From Candidatus Eiseniibacteriota bacterium (GTDB taxonomy: Bacteria > Eisenbacteria > RBG-16-71-46 > JABDJR01), in the NCBI GenBank assembly GCA_963762255.1, contig CAVXKA010000001.1, positions 192,001 through 256,000 on the forward strand: a stretch of DNA of 64,000 nt, written 5' to 3'. Below are positions 10,063 through 20,293 of this stretch, one piece after another. Both the position numbers and the translations under genes were made by a program. Under the pieces are notes generated by a model. It was not told where the DNA came from, made no database searches, and was given only the letters and a program-made list of their open reading frames with translations. The number at the start of each line of letters is the position of its first letter. The stretch's first letter is position 1.

Positions 10063-12249
10063 TCAATCGCTCTCGTTTCGGAAGCGCTGCCGCACTTCGG
10101 GCTCGACGCGTCGCAGCACGATCGGAGCGGCGGTGACCTGCCGCCCCGACTCCAGCACGATCTCGCGGATGGCGGAATCGCCCAACTGCACGCCCTGGGG
10201 CAGGCTCCACTCCGCGATCTCCAACGTGGCCGGGCCCGCGTCGAGGCCGGTCAGCGCGAACTTCCCATCGCCGTCGGTGAACACGTCGTGGTGGCTTCCG
10301 CGCAGGCGGATGAGGATGTCGGGCACGCCGACGAAAGACCCGCTCGCGTCCCTCGCGACGACACGTCCCTCCACCCCGGCCGCGCGACGGATCGCGAAGT
10401 CGGCGACCGCGTCCTCTCCCGGACGCAGACGGAGCGGAATCCGGTCGCGGGCCGGCGCGAGGTACCGAGTGGCCAGGCGCGCCGGATCGAAGAGTACGAA
10501 GTCGAGCCCGGGCTCGGCATGCTCCAGGCGGTATGAACCGTCTCGCGCGGTGATCATCTCCTCGCCGCTCCCAAGCCGAACCGTGAGGCCGGGTATGCCC
10601 GGTTCTCCGGCGTCGCGATTGCCGTTCGCGTTGAGGTCCTCGAAGACCACACCGCGCACCGAGCCGAACTCCGGCAGACCTTCAATCGTTTCCAGGCGAC
10701 CGCCCCCGAACGAGAAGCTGCGGCTCAACCGCAGGTTCACGCGGGCTGCATCGGGGTCGCGCGCGCCCGCGCGGACGTAGGCGAAGCCCTCGATTCCGAC
10801 GGTCAGATCTCCGAAGATGCCCTGCCGCCATCCCCCGCCGATTTGCCATTGATCGCGCGCAAACTCCTCGTCGTCCGCATCCTGCCGCTCGCGGGCGAGA
10901 CTCAACCAGAGACTTCTCTCGTCGCCGGGATCCCACGCGATGCGGGACTCCAGTCGACGCTCGCGACTCGTCCAGCGGCCGTTCGGGAGCCGGCGCTCCA
11001 CGCTCGCGCCCAGGAGTTCCAGGTTCAGCGTCTCACCCAACCGCTCCGACAGGCGGGCGGTCACGCGATCCTCGTGCCAGTCGCCGGCCTCCTGCGCGGG
11101 ATCGCGGAAGAGGCCGCGCGAGTAGCCGAGGCTGCCGCCGTGGACCCGCGTGCGCCATCCGATCTCCCCTCCGCCGTTGAGGACGCCTTGATCGACCAGA
11201 AGGCTGTCCGGATCCACGGTCGAGCGCGCGCGGTACGCGGCGGTGGTTTGAACGTAGAGCGGACGAACGAGGGGCACGGTGGAGAAAGCGCGCAACGACA
11301 CGCGCTCCTCGGGTGGAAGGCCGTCCGCGCGTCGCGTCAGATCGCGCGCCCAGTCGGCCGCCGCACCCAGGTACATGGCTGGCCGCGGACGGAGACCGGT
11401 CTCCAGACGCGCGCCCCACTCGTTCTCGTGCGGGCCGCGCAGGAGTCCGAGATCGCGATACGCAGGGGCGATGCGGCGCGCATGCCCCGAGATCACCGAG
11501 TGCTCGCCGGTGCGAGTGAATCCCGCGACGACGGTCGTGCCGAGGCGCGACGACCCGTCCTCCCTCGACACGCTCAGATCGCCGAGCCACGACCACCCGC
11601 GCGCCGCGTTCGCGGCGACGAGCAGCCGGGAAACCTGAAGGCCGGCGGGGCGCTCAGGCAGTGCTTGCTGGCGGTCCCACGAGAGATCCCAGCGACGGCG
11701 TGACCCCAGACTTCCGCCCAGCCCGAGCCCGAGTACGCCGGAATCGGTGGACGTGCGGCCCAATGCGGCGCCTCCCTGCCTCTCGGTGAGCGCACCTCCC
11801 CGCACTTCGACGCGCAGATCTCCGCGCCTCAATCCCCATCCCGCTCCGCGCAGCCATACCGGGGGGTGGAACTCCGAGGCCAGGTCGCTCCCACGCTCAT
11901 TTCCCACCGCAAAGTCGCCGAGGTGAACCGCCATTCGGCCGACCGTGGTGGGGATGTCCGCGCCGGTCAGGCGGAATTCCCGGCCGCGTTCCGACACGTC
12001 CATCCACAAGGACCACGCTCCGGAGTTGGCCGGAAAGGCGACCCCGTCGAGGTGGTACACCCACTCTTCACGATGCCGTGCAGTACCGTAGGGGCCCCAT
12101 TCCGCGTGCTGCCGCTCGACCCACGCACGAAACTCGCTGCGCGGCCAGGCGGCCGCGCATGCCGAGGGAAGCGCGGCGACGAGCGCAAGTGCGGCGATGA
12201 GGAGGGAGCCCGACGCAAGGATGCGTCCGGTCCGCGGCGCGTCGGACAT
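10063..12249 (-). CDS. Usher-like outer-membrane beta-barrel with C-terminal SdrD B-like/carboxypeptidase-regulatory-like domains
   Basis: Signal peptide from ATG 12249 (overlaps the chaperone stop). Alternating beta-strand pattern, LRGAGWG motif, GSVRGVVFEDLNANGNRDAGEPGIPG (SdrD B-like) and TDGDGKFALTGL. Confidence 0.7.
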   Translation of the reverse strand: MSDAPRTGRILASGSLLIAALALVAALPSACAAAWPRSEFRAWVERQHAEWGPYGTARHREEWVYHLDGVAFPANSGAWSLWMDVSERGREFRLTGADIPTTVGRMAVHLGDFAVGNERGSDLASEFHPPVWLRGAGWGLRRGDLRVEVRGGALTERQGGAALGRTSTDSGVLGLGLGGSLGSRRRWDLSWDRQQALPERPAGLQVSRLLVAANAARGWSWLGDLSVSREDGSSRLGTTVVAGFTRTGEHSVISGHARRIAPAYRDLGLLRGPHENEWGARLETGLRPRPAMYLGAAADWARDLTRRADGLPPEERVSLRAFSTVPLVRPLYVQTTAAYRARSTVDPDSLLVDQGVLNGGGEIGWRTRVHGGSLGYSRGLFRDPAQEAGDWHEDRVTARLSERLGETLNLELLGASVERRLPNGRWTSRERRLESRIAWDPGDERSLWLSLARERQDADDEEFARDQWQIGGGWRQGIFGDLTVGIEGFAYVRAGARDPDAARVNLRLSRSFSFGGGRLETIEGLPEFGSVRGVVFEDLNANGNRDAGEPGIPGLTVRLGSGEEMITARDGSYRLEHAEPGLDFVLFDPARLATRYLAPARDRIPLRLRPGEDAVADFAIRRAAGVEGRVVARDASGSFVGVPDILIRLRGSHHDVFTDGDGKFALTGLDAGPATLEIAEWSLPQGVQLGDSAIREIVLESGRQVTAAPIVLRRVEPEVRQRFRNESD

Positions 12250-13055
12250 CAATCCCCCAAGGAGGCCCGCGTCGGCTCCAGGGTGCACTCGCCGATCAAC
12301 CGGCCGAAGTCGGCGAGATCGACGGTCACGCGCGCCAGAGCTTCCGGCACGAGACCGCCTTCCGGAATTTCGATGTCCACCCACCGCGACGACCCGGGCA
12401 GCACCGGAACATCGGGAAGCTTGCCGGGAGCACAAAGAGCGCATTCGCCGACCAGATACGCCACGTCGCCGGCCAAACGGAAGTGCGCGTCGCCGGTATT
12501 GTGAACTCGCATGCGCAGGCAGGGCCGGTCGCCTTTCGTCACCACGGAGAGCGAGGTGATCTCGGCGGAAAGCGCGGGGCGTCCGACCGTGATGTAGAGC
12601 ATGCAGGCCACGCGACCGCGCACGTGCATGAGACGACCCGTCGACTTCGCGCGGTTCAGCGGCACGGATTCCAGCAGGAGCGCGGCCCGGAAGCCGTGAG
12701 CGACCGCCCGCTCGGGCACCAGGACGGTGAACCGGACGACCTGAGTCTGGCCCGGCTCGACCAGAAAATCGCGCGGCGCGAAAGAAATCCATGGCGCCGC
12801 CGAGGCGAGGGTGGTTCCCGCGGGCTCGAAGAGCGGCGTCCCCTCCTGATCGAGATGCCAGTCCTCGACGTAGGCGCGCAGACGCACCGCCTCCGTCCCG
12901 TTGTTCTGCACCTGGACCGCATTCGTGTACTCGGAGCCCGGCTCCGCCTGCAGCTCGAACCGGACGGGAGACACGTCGATCGAGAGATTGGCCCGAGCCA
13001 TCCCTGCGGGAGCCAGGGCGACGACGGCGAGCACGGCGATGATCTGTCTATGCAT
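12249..13055 (-). CDS. Periplasmic fimbrial chaperone (PapD-like)
   Basis: Signal peptide; VSPVRFEL, VQNNGTEAVRL, FLVEPGQTQVVRFTV, VHNTGDAHFR and VLPGSSR, typical of two-Ig-domain pilus chaperones. Confidence 0.8.
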   Translation of the reverse strand: MHRQIIAVLAVVALAPAGMARANLSIDVSPVRFELQAEPGSEYTNAVQVQNNGTEAVRLRAYVEDWHLDQEGTPLFEPAGTTLASAAPWISFAPRDFLVEPGQTQVVRFTVLVPERAVAHGFRAALLLESVPLNRAKSTGRLMHVRGRVACMLYITVGRPALSAEITSLSVVTKGDRPCLRMRVHNTGDAHFRLAGDVAYLVGECALCAPGKLPDVPVLPGSSRWVDIEIPEGGLVPEALARVTVDLADFGRLIGECTLEPTRASLGD

Positions 13056-13088
13056 GATGACCTCGTGGAGTGGCGCGCACGTTGCCAC

Positions 13089-13529
13089 TCATGGCGATGA
13101 AAGCGTCAGGGTCGCGGTGGCTGTGTAATCTCCCGGCGCAGAGTCCCAGGAGTTCTGGAGGTAGAAGCCGAGAGTCGCGGTCGCCGTGTAGTGACTGACT
13201 CCATTCCCGAGAACCGCCGGCACCACAGTGGACAGCACTCCGCCACGGAAGGGCGGGCTCGGTGACGCGGTCCACGAGACGTTTCCGATCGGGATCACGT
13301 CGGTGCCGGATGTCAGGTCGGAGTTGGCGATCATGGTAAGTATCCAGGGACTGCCGGGGGTCGCCCGAGCATCGACCTTGACACTGAGGTTTCGTGGGCC
13401 GATCACCGGCACGATGTCGGGACTTCGATCCGGGAAGCTCACCGATCCGGTGATCGTGAGCGTGAGCGGGCCGGCGTGAGCGGGTGGTGGCGCGCCGAGA
13501 CAGAGCGACACCACCACGCCGATTAGCAC
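13089..13529 (-). CDS. Minor pilin-like subunit (start uncertain)
   Basis: Visibly paralogous to 13646..14152 (DLTSGTDVIPIGNVSWTAS vs DLVSGTDLIDIDNVTWTAS; LQNSWDSAPGDYT vs LDNSWAYAVGNYT). C-terminal G-x-Y-T alternating strand. Confidence 0.7.
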   Translation of the reverse strand: MLIGVVVSLCLGAPPPAHAGPLTLTITGSVSFPDRSPDIVPVIGPRNLSVKVDARATPGSPWILTMIANSDLTSGTDVIPIGNVSWTASPSPPFRGGVLSTVVPAVLGNGVSHYTATATLGFYLQNSWDSAPGDYTATATLTLSSP

Positions 13530-13645
13530 CGCCGTGGACCGAATGCCGCGGCCGCAGCTCCCCGTGACGGAGAGCTGCGCGGCCGTAGCTCGGCATGTGA
13601 ACCGACCTTCGTATCCCAACAGACGATCCCCCCCGGGCGCTGCTG

Positions 13646-14152
13646 TTAGGGTGCAGTCAGGGTGTAGACCACATCCTGCGTGTAGTTGCCCACCGCGTAG
13701 GCCCAGGAGTTGTCCAGAAAGAAATCGAAGGTGCCGGAACGCGAGCCGGAACCCACCCAGCTTCCCGCGGACTGCGCGACGGCCGCGTGCATGGTGCCCG
13801 GGCCGTACCCGGCACCGCTCGCGGTCCAGGTGACATTGTCGATGTCGATCAAGTCCGTTCCGCTGACCAGGTCCCCGTTGGCGAGACAGGTGAGGGTGGC
13901 CACGCCGGCGCCCGTGGTGCGAATCTTCGCTTCCACGGATACCGAGTTCTCGGTGGCCGGGATGGGATCGACGACGTCGGGATCGGCGTCGGGGAAGTTG
14001 ATGGTGGTCGGGGAGATCGTCAACTTGGCCCGAGCGGACACCGTCGCGTTGATGGTGAGCGTCTTCGAGTCGCTTGCCGCGTCGGCCAACAGAGGGGTCA
14101 GGGCCAGGGCCAGCATTGCCAGCCCCAGCACGAGAGAACGGTTCTTGGTCAT
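13646..14152 (-). CDS. Major pilin-like subunit
   Basis: Strong RBS (AGGAG), signal peptide, N-terminal alternating strand (TLTINATV), Thr/Ala/Gly-rich body and C-terminal GNYTQDVVYTLTAP. Confidence 0.75.
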   Translation of the reverse strand: MTKNRSLVLGLAMLALALTPLLADAASDSKTLTINATVSARAKLTISPTTINFPDADPDVVDPIPATENSVSVEAKIRTTGAGVATLTCLANGDLVSGTDLIDIDNVTWTASGAGYGPGTMHAAVAQSAGSWVGSGSRSGTFDFFLDNSWAYAVGNYTQDVVYTLTAP

Positions 14153-14392
14153 GGTGAGTAACTCCTACGAAATACGAGTCCTTCGCCTTCAGTCGCATTT
14201 CCTTAGCGACCCGAACCCTGTAGTCGGCAGGAGAGGTGGGCTTCTTCAACAGAATCTCTATTCTGCTTGGATATTTCTGGTGAAATTTCACCGTACCGCA
14301 GTCGCCGGACCGGATCCGGGCGAACGGCGCGGAGGCGGGGGCTCGCGGCAACGGATTGTCTTCCAAGGGATTATGGTGGAGAATTGGCAAGC

Positions 14393-17300
14393 GTGAGCGA
14401 GCAGGACACTCGGGATCCGGCGCGGGCGGGAATCCCAGGCGACGATATCGATCGGGTTTCTCACTCGAGGCGGCGTCTCTGGCGACGCGGCATCGCGTTG
14501 CTGCTATTCGTTCTTCTCGCGCTCGGGACGTGGCATGAATCGCGAACGTCGGATATTCAGTCGCGGATCTTCGCCCGTTACGCCTCGCGGCTTTCCTATC
14601 GTTTCGAACCAGGCCCCACCGATTCGGTCGCCTACCCTACGGGCGGTCCATTCGATCTGCGCCGCGGCTACGCATTCATCCCCCAAGTAGCGGAAACCCT
14701 CGCCGCGCGCGACTACGCCGTGACCGGGCAGGCCCGCATGTCTCCCGATCTGCTCAAACTCACCCGCCACGGCATCTACGCGGTGTACCCCACAGACACG
14801 CGGGCCGGCCTCGAGATCCTCGACCGCGACGGGTTGCCCCTCTACACGCTGCGATTTCCCGAGCGCACCTATGCCCGCTTCGATTCCATACCGCCGATTC
14901 TCGTGAAGACGCTCCTCTTCATCGAGAACCGCGAGTTGCTGGACGAGCGCTTCCCGTATCGCAACCCCGCGGTCGAATGGGATCGGCTCGCCAAGGCGGC
15001 GTTCGACCTCGCGCTCAACAGCATCGGCATCGACCGCCCTCAGCCTGGTGGGAGCACGCTGGCCACGCAGATGGAGAAGTACCGCCACGCGAGCGAGGGA
15101 CGGACGTCCTCCCCCGCCGACAAGCTGAAACAGATGGCGGCGGCGAGCCTGCGCGCGTACGCGGGGGGGCGGAACACCATCGAAGCGCGGCGAAACATCG
15201 TCCGCGATTACGTCAACTCGGTCCCACTGGCCGCCTATCCCGGCTACGGCGAGGTGAAGGGGTTGGGGGACGGACTCTGGGTGTGGTTCGATACGGATTT
15301 CGCACAGGCGACTCGGGTGCTGCGCTCCGCGGAGGGCGGCGCCGAGGCCTACAAGAAGGTGCTCGCGCTCTTCGTCGCCCACCGGCGGCCGACGTACTAC
15401 CTCGTCTCCGATCGCGCAGCCTTGCGCGAAGACACCGACCGCTATCTCCGTTTGCTCGGCGAGGCCGGCGTCATCTCGCCGGAGTTCCGCGACGCCGCCC
15501 TGCGCGCGCCCCTGCGATTCCGCGAGGGTCCGCCGGTGCGCACCCGCCCGTCCTACATCGAGCGCAAGGCGACCAATGCGATCCGGGCACGGCTCCTGAG
15601 GCTCATGGACGTCGATCAGCTCTACACGCTCGACCGCTTCGATCTCACCGTGGAGAGCACGCTCGACGGCCCGACGCAGAAACGCGTCACCCAGATCCTG
15701 GGGCGCTTGAAGGAGCCCGCGTTTGCCGACTCGCTAGGGCTGCGCGAGTTCCGACTCCTCTCGAGCGGAGATCCGGGCGGGGTGATCTACAGCTTCACCC
15801 TCTTCGAGAGTACCCCCGACGGTAACCTGCTCCGCGTGCAGGCGGACAACCTCGACCAGCCGCTCGACATCAACGAGGGGGCGAAGCTCGACCTCGGATC
15901 CACCGCCAAACTCCGCACCCTGGTGAACTACCTGGAGGTCGTGGCCGGGCTGCACGCGGCACATGCGGGCCGGCCGGTCGCGGATCTGCGAAAAGCCGCG
16001 AACCAGGCCAAGGATCCCCTGCGCCGCTGGGCCTTCGCCTATCTCGCTTCCGCCGCGGACACCACCCTTCCCGCCGCGCTCGAAGCGGCGATGAACCGTG
16101 CGTACTCGGCCAGCTCGGACGAGAGATTCTTCACCGGCGGCGGGGTGCACACCTTCGTCAACTTCAAGTCCGAGGACGACGACAAGGTGCTGACCGTACG
16201 CGAGGGGCTGCGCAACTCGGTGAACCTGGTCTTCATCCGCCTCATGCGCGACATCGTTCGCTACTACACGGCGGATACACCGGGCTACGGGGACGGATTG
16301 TTGGAGGATGTGAATCACCCGCTGCGCAGGGGGTACCTGGAGCGTTTCGCCGACAAGGAGGGGCAGACGTTCCTCACCGAGTTCTACAAGCGATACCGCC
16401 ACGAGACCCCGGCGGGTCGCATGGAGAAGTTGATCGGCCGGATCCGGCCCACCCCCAAACGGCTGGCCGTCATCTACCGGTCGGTGCGCCCCGAAGCCGG
16501 TCTCGATTCGCTGGCCGCGTTCCTGCGGGCCCACCCCGCGGGGTATGCGATCACCGACCGCCTTGCGCGCGATCTCTACGACACGTATGCCCCCGGTGCG
16601 TTCAGCCTCGCCGATCGCGGCTACCTGGCCGGAGTCCATCCTCTGGAGCTATGGCTGCTGAATTACTTGGAGAGCCATCCCGACGCCACCTGGCACGACA
16701 CCGCGGCGGCGAGCGTGCAGGAGCGACAGGACGCCTACGCCTGGCTGTTCAAGCCGAGCAAGCGCGAGGGACAGGACAAACGGATCCGCGAGATCCTCGA
16801 AGAGGACGCGTTCAAGGAGATTCACGCAGCCTGGAAACGCCTGGGGTATCCCTTCGACAGCCTCGTCCCCTCCTACGCGACGGCCATCGGCAGCTCGGCG
16901 GATCGCCCCGCCGCGCTCGCCGATCTCATGGGGATCCTCGTGAACGACGGCGTGCGGATGCCGGTCGTTCGGATGACGCGGCTCCACTTCGCGCAGGGGA
17001 TGCCCTACGAGGTGGTCTTCGAAGCGCGAAAGCCGGTTCCCGAGCGCGTCCTTCCCGCCGAGGTGGCGCGCGTCGCGCGCGCGGCGGTGATCGACGTCGT
17101 GGAGAACGGCACCGCGCGCCGAGGGTACCAGGCGTTCAAGCGCGCGGACGGGAGCACCATCCCGCTGGGCGGCAAGACCGGGACCGGCGATCACCGTTAC
17201 GAGACCTATGCACCGGGCGGGCGACTCCTGGAGTCGCGCGTGGTGAATCGCACGGCCACCTTCGTGTTCCTGATCGGCGACCGGTTCTTCGGCACAATCT

Positions 17301-17521
17301 CATGCCACGTACCGGGGCCGGAGGCCGCTCGGTATGTGTTCACCAGCTCGCTCCCGGTGCAGCTCGTGAAGTCTCTGGCGCCGGTGCTGATGCCGCTGGT
17401 GGATCGGCCCCCGGCGGCTGACGGAGCATTGCCGCCCGCGTCAGCCGCCTCTTCGACAGGAACCGAAGCGGTCTACCCTCCGGCCGCCGGCGACAGTACT
17501 TCCGCCAACCCGGGAACGTAG
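14393..17521 (+). CDS. Class A penicillin-binding protein (GT51 transglycosylase plus transpeptidase)
   Basis: N-terminal TM helix; LLFIENR and GGSTLATQMEK (GT51); STAK, SVN and GKTGT transpeptidase motifs. Confidence 0.85.
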   Translation: MSEQDTRDPARAGIPGDDIDRVSHSRRRLWRRGIALLLFVLLALGTWHESRTSDIQSRIFARYASRLSYRFEPGPTDSVAYPTGGPFDLRRGYAFIPQVAETLAARDYAVTGQARMSPDLLKLTRHGIYAVYPTDTRAGLEILDRDGLPLYTLRFPERTYARFDSIPPILVKTLLFIENRELLDERFPYRNPAVEWDRLAKAAFDLALNSIGIDRPQPGGSTLATQMEKYRHASEGRTSSPADKLKQMAAASLRAYAGGRNTIEARRNIVRDYVNSVPLAAYPGYGEVKGLGDGLWVWFDTDFAQATRVLRSAEGGAEAYKKVLALFVAHRRPTYYLVSDRAALREDTDRYLRLLGEAGVISPEFRDAALRAPLRFREGPPVRTRPSYIERKATNAIRARLLRLMDVDQLYTLDRFDLTVESTLDGPTQKRVTQILGRLKEPAFADSLGLREFRLLSSGDPGGVIYSFTLFESTPDGNLLRVQADNLDQPLDINEGAKLDLGSTAKLRTLVNYLEVVAGLHAAHAGRPVADLRKAANQAKDPLRRWAFAYLASAADTTLPAALEAAMNRAYSASSDERFFTGGGVHTFVNFKSEDDDKVLTVREGLRNSVNLVFIRLMRDIVRYYTADTPGYGDGLLEDVNHPLRRGYLERFADKEGQTFLTEFYKRYRHETPAGRMEKLIGRIRPTPKRLAVIYRSVRPEAGLDSLAAFLRAHPAGYAITDRLARDLYDTYAPGAFSLADRGYLAGVHPLELWLLNYLESHPDATWHDTAAASVQERQDAYAWLFKPSKREGQDKRIREILEEDAFKEIHAAWKRLGYPFDSLVPSYATAIGSSADRPAALADLMGILVNDGVRMPVVRMTRLHFAQGMPYEVVFEARKPVPERVLPAEVARVARAAVIDVVENGTARRGYQAFKRADGSTIPLGGKTGTGDHRYETYAPGGRLLESRVVNRTATFVFLIGDRFFGTISCHVPGPEAARYVFTSSLPVQLVKSLAPVLMPLVDRPPAADGALPPASAASSTGTEAVYPPAAGDSTSANPGT

Positions 17522-19557
17522 CTGCCTCCCTTGATCACCTGGATGCTCGAGCCCTTGAAGTCGTCGCCGATCGGCTCGACGCGCCCACCCAGCACTTTCC
17601 CCAGGAAGGCCTCGGTCACCGCGTTGAACGACATGTTGTTCTCCGGCCTCGCGAAGCCGTGCCCCTCGTCGGGGTAGAGGACGTAGGTGACGGGGATGTT
17701 CCGGGCTTCCATCGCGGCCACGATCTGGTCGGCTTCGGCCTGCTTGACCCGGGGGTCATTGGCCCCCTGGCCGATGAGGAGCGGCTTCGTGATCTTGTCC
17801 ACGTAGGTGAGCGGGGAGCGCTCGGTGAGCATCGCCCTCCCCGCTTCGGTCCGTGGATCACCGACCCGGGTGGCGAACATCTCGAGGAGCGGTGCCCAGT
17901 AGGGAGGGATCGATTCGAGCAGGGTAATCAAGTTCGAGGGACCCACGATGTCCACCCCGCAGGCGAACTTGTCCGGCGTCAGGGTGAGCCCGGCCAGCGT
18001 GGCGTAGCCGCCATAGCTGCCGCCTCCGACGCAGACCTTGCCGGCGTCGGCGATGCCGCCGGCGACGGCCCAATCCACCGCGTCGAGCAGGTCGTCGTGC
18101 ATGCGCGTGCCCCAGGTCAGGTTGCCCGCGTTGATGAACTCCTTGCCGAAGCCGCTTGAAGCGCGGAAATTGACGGCGAGGATCGCGTATCCGCGGTTGG
18201 CGAACCACTGGTGGTGGGGATCGAGACCCCAGGCATCGCGGGCCCAGGGCCCGCCGTGGACCCAGAGCACCATGGGAAGCGGCGACGCCGGCTTTCCGTC
18301 CCCGTCCGGATCGGACCAGATCGGCAAGGTGTAGTAGCTGACCATGTCGAGGCCGTCCCGCGAGCGGATCACTACCGGGTGCATCTTGGCCAACGGTAGC
18401 CCCTCAAGATCCTTGCGGTTGGTGAACAGGAACTCGGCCTTCTTCGCGTCCCGGTCGTAGCGGTAGTAGCGCACCGGGCCGTCGTCCACCAGATAGACGA
18501 CGATCCAGTGCCTGTCGTCCAGGGTGCGCGAGGTGATCTCGATATCGCCGTCCGCCACCGTCCGCAGGTACGCGAGATCGGGTTCGATGGTCTTGTCGAG
18601 GACCTGCCATTCCTTGCGCAGGTAGTTGAACGCGGCCGCCTCGATGGTCTTCTCGACCGGATGGGACATCACCGCGTCCAGGTCTGCCTTGGGATCCGAA
18701 GCGACCACGCTCTCCTCGCCGGTCTCCAGGTTGACGGCCACCAGAGCCGAGGTGTTTCGGTTTCGGCTGTCGATCATGTAGAGAATCTTGCCGGACTTGT
18801 CGAATCCCGCCGGGCTGGTGGTCATCATGTCCTCGGCGCCGATCTTCATGAACGGGACCCAGTCGCCGTTCGTCTTCCTGAAGATCTCCGAGCCTCCGTC
18901 GGCGGTGAAGCGGGTGGCCAGGCGGACTTCGAAGTCGTCATCGATGACGTACTCGAGCCATCCCTGGTCGTTCTGCTCGTGCAGGGTGCGCTCGCCCGTC
19001 GAGAGATCGACCCGATAGATGTCGTGCAGTTGGGGGTCGCGGTTGTTGAGGCCGACGAGGATCTCGTTCGGATAGAGGTGGCTGCGGGCCTCGATGCGGG
19101 CCTGGACCCCGTCGAAGGGAGTGAGATCCTTGGATTCGCCGGTGCCCAGGTCTACGGCATAGACGCGCCAGTTCTCGTCGCCTCCCTTGTCCTGGAGAAA
19201 GACGATGTGCTTGCTGTCGAAAGCCCAGAAGTAGCGTCGGATGCCGCGGTCGGCATCATGAGTCACCGGTTGGGCTGAGGCGGGGTTCTCGGCAGGTCCC
19301 ACCCACACGTTGAGGACGCCGTCCACCGGGGCAAGAAACGAGATGTTGCTCCCGTCGGGACTGATCTGGGCACCGGCCTTGTCCGGGTTGCCGAATAGCA
19401 CCTCCCGGCCGATGAGCGGCGTGTTGTCCGCGGTCCATACCGGCTGCTGCTGCTTCCCCGCGCAGCCGGTCAGTGCCGCAAGGGCGAGAAGCGCGACGAG
19501 GAGAACGATTCGAGGGTGTCTCACGGTTTCCAGCCTCCTGAGATGAGGTGCGGGCAT
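17473..19557 (-). CDS. S9 family peptidase lipoprotein (dipeptidyl/acylaminoacyl peptidase)
   Basis: Lipobox LTGC; VHGGPW, GGSYGG, GANDPRV and EGHGF catalytic motifs. Confidence 0.93.
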   Translation of the reverse strand: MPAPHLRRLETVRHPRIVLLVALLALAALTGCAGKQQQPVWTADNTPLIGREVLFGNPDKAGAQISPDGSNISFLAPVDGVLNVWVGPAENPASAQPVTHDADRGIRRYFWAFDSKHIVFLQDKGGDENWRVYAVDLGTGESKDLTPFDGVQARIEARSHLYPNEILVGLNNRDPQLHDIYRVDLSTGERTLHEQNDQGWLEYVIDDDFEVRLATRFTADGGSEIFRKTNGDWVPFMKIGAEDMMTTSPAGFDKSGKILYMIDSRNRNTSALVAVNLETGEESVVASDPKADLDAVMSHPVEKTIEAAAFNYLRKEWQVLDKTIEPDLAYLRTVADGDIEITSRTLDDRHWIVVYLVDDGPVRYYRYDRDAKKAEFLFTNRKDLEGLPLAKMHPVVIRSRDGLDMVSYYTLPIWSDPDGDGKPASPLPMVLWVHGGPWARDAWGLDPHHQWFANRGYAILAVNFRASSGFGKEFINAGNLTWGTRMHDDLLDAVDWAVAGGIADAGKVCVGGGSYGGYATLAGLTLTPDKFACGVDIVGPSNLITLLESIPPYWAPLLEMFATRVGDPRTEAGRAMLTERSPLTYVDKITKPLLIGQGANDPRVKQAEADQIVAAMEARNIPVTYVLYPDEGHGFARPENNMSFNAVTEAFLGKVLGGRVEPIGDDFKGSSIQVIKGGSYVPGLAEVLSPAAGG

Positions 19558-19661
19558 TCCGGTCTTGCGAAACCCGGAAGGGAACGGTGGGACGAGGGGA
19601 GGGTTCCGGCAGACTAGACCCGGAGGGGAGATTGCGCAACCGTCGGGGCGCGCCGGCCACG

Positions 19662-19697
19662 GAAGAGGGGGAGATCCCGCGGGATCTCCCCCTCTTC
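19662..19697. terminator. Perfect 36-bp palindrome downstream of 19714..20094; likely terminator hairpin
   Basis: GAAGAGGGGGAGATCCCG|CGGGATCTCCCCCTCTTC; only a weak U-tract. Confidence 0.55.
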
Positions 19698-19713
19698 ACC
19701 GGCGAATACCGCC

Positions 19714-20094
19714 CTACTGAACCACGCGCACGGTGGCCGAGCCCTCGAAGGCCTCGCCATCCACGGTGACTCCCTTGAGGGTGAGAACGGCCGAGGGCGC
19801 GGAGACGATCGCCTTCACCGCGGCCTCGTCAAACTTGGCCACCAGTTCCCCGCGCGAATCCGCCTTGGTCCACGTGACCGGAATGCCGTTCAGGGTCAGC
19901 GAGGCGCAGTCCACCTTGCTGTAGGCGATCGTCGCATGAACGGTGATCTCACCGCCCTGGAGTTCACCGAGCAGGAGCGTCTTCGGAGCCACGACGACGG
20001 CCACTTCGCCGGCAGTCGCAACCGTCGGCACTGCGGAAACCAGAAGAGCCAGCCCGAATCCTAGAAAGCACACGATCCGCATCATCCTCTGCAT
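19714..20094 (-). CDS. Small secreted beta-rich hypothetical protein
   Basis: GGAGGAG RBS, signal peptide, LVAKFD...LTLKG...GEAFEGSATVRV. Confidence 0.75.
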   Translation of the reverse strand: MQRMMRIVCFLGFGLALLVSAVPTVATAGEVAVVVAPKTLLLGELQGGEITVHATIAYSKVDCASLTLNGIPVTWTKADSRGELVAKFDEAAVKAIVSAPSAVLTLKGVTVDGEAFEGSATVRVVQ

Positions 20095-20293
20095 CGATTC
20101 TCCTCCCGATAGTCTTGGGTTCCGTGTCTATTCTTCCCCCCCCACGTAGGGTCCGGAGTGTGAGACGGGATGAATGCGGGCCGGTTACGCGCGGGTGGGC
20201 CGGCGCGATGACGAGGGGTTTCCCACCCACCGGCGGAGGCCGCTTCGAACCCCCTTGGGGGCGCCCCCCGCACCGTGTACAATCTATCGCCCT

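Noticed and set aside
13530-14390. 433-aa ORF 13089..14390 as a long adhesin
   Set aside because: The upstream part overlaps the major pilin in another frame; only the last ~147 codons are pilin-like.
20095-20293. T-box or attenuator upstream of trpS
   Set aside because: No T-box consensus seen, and a -10-like TACAAT lies only ~10 bp before the start codon.
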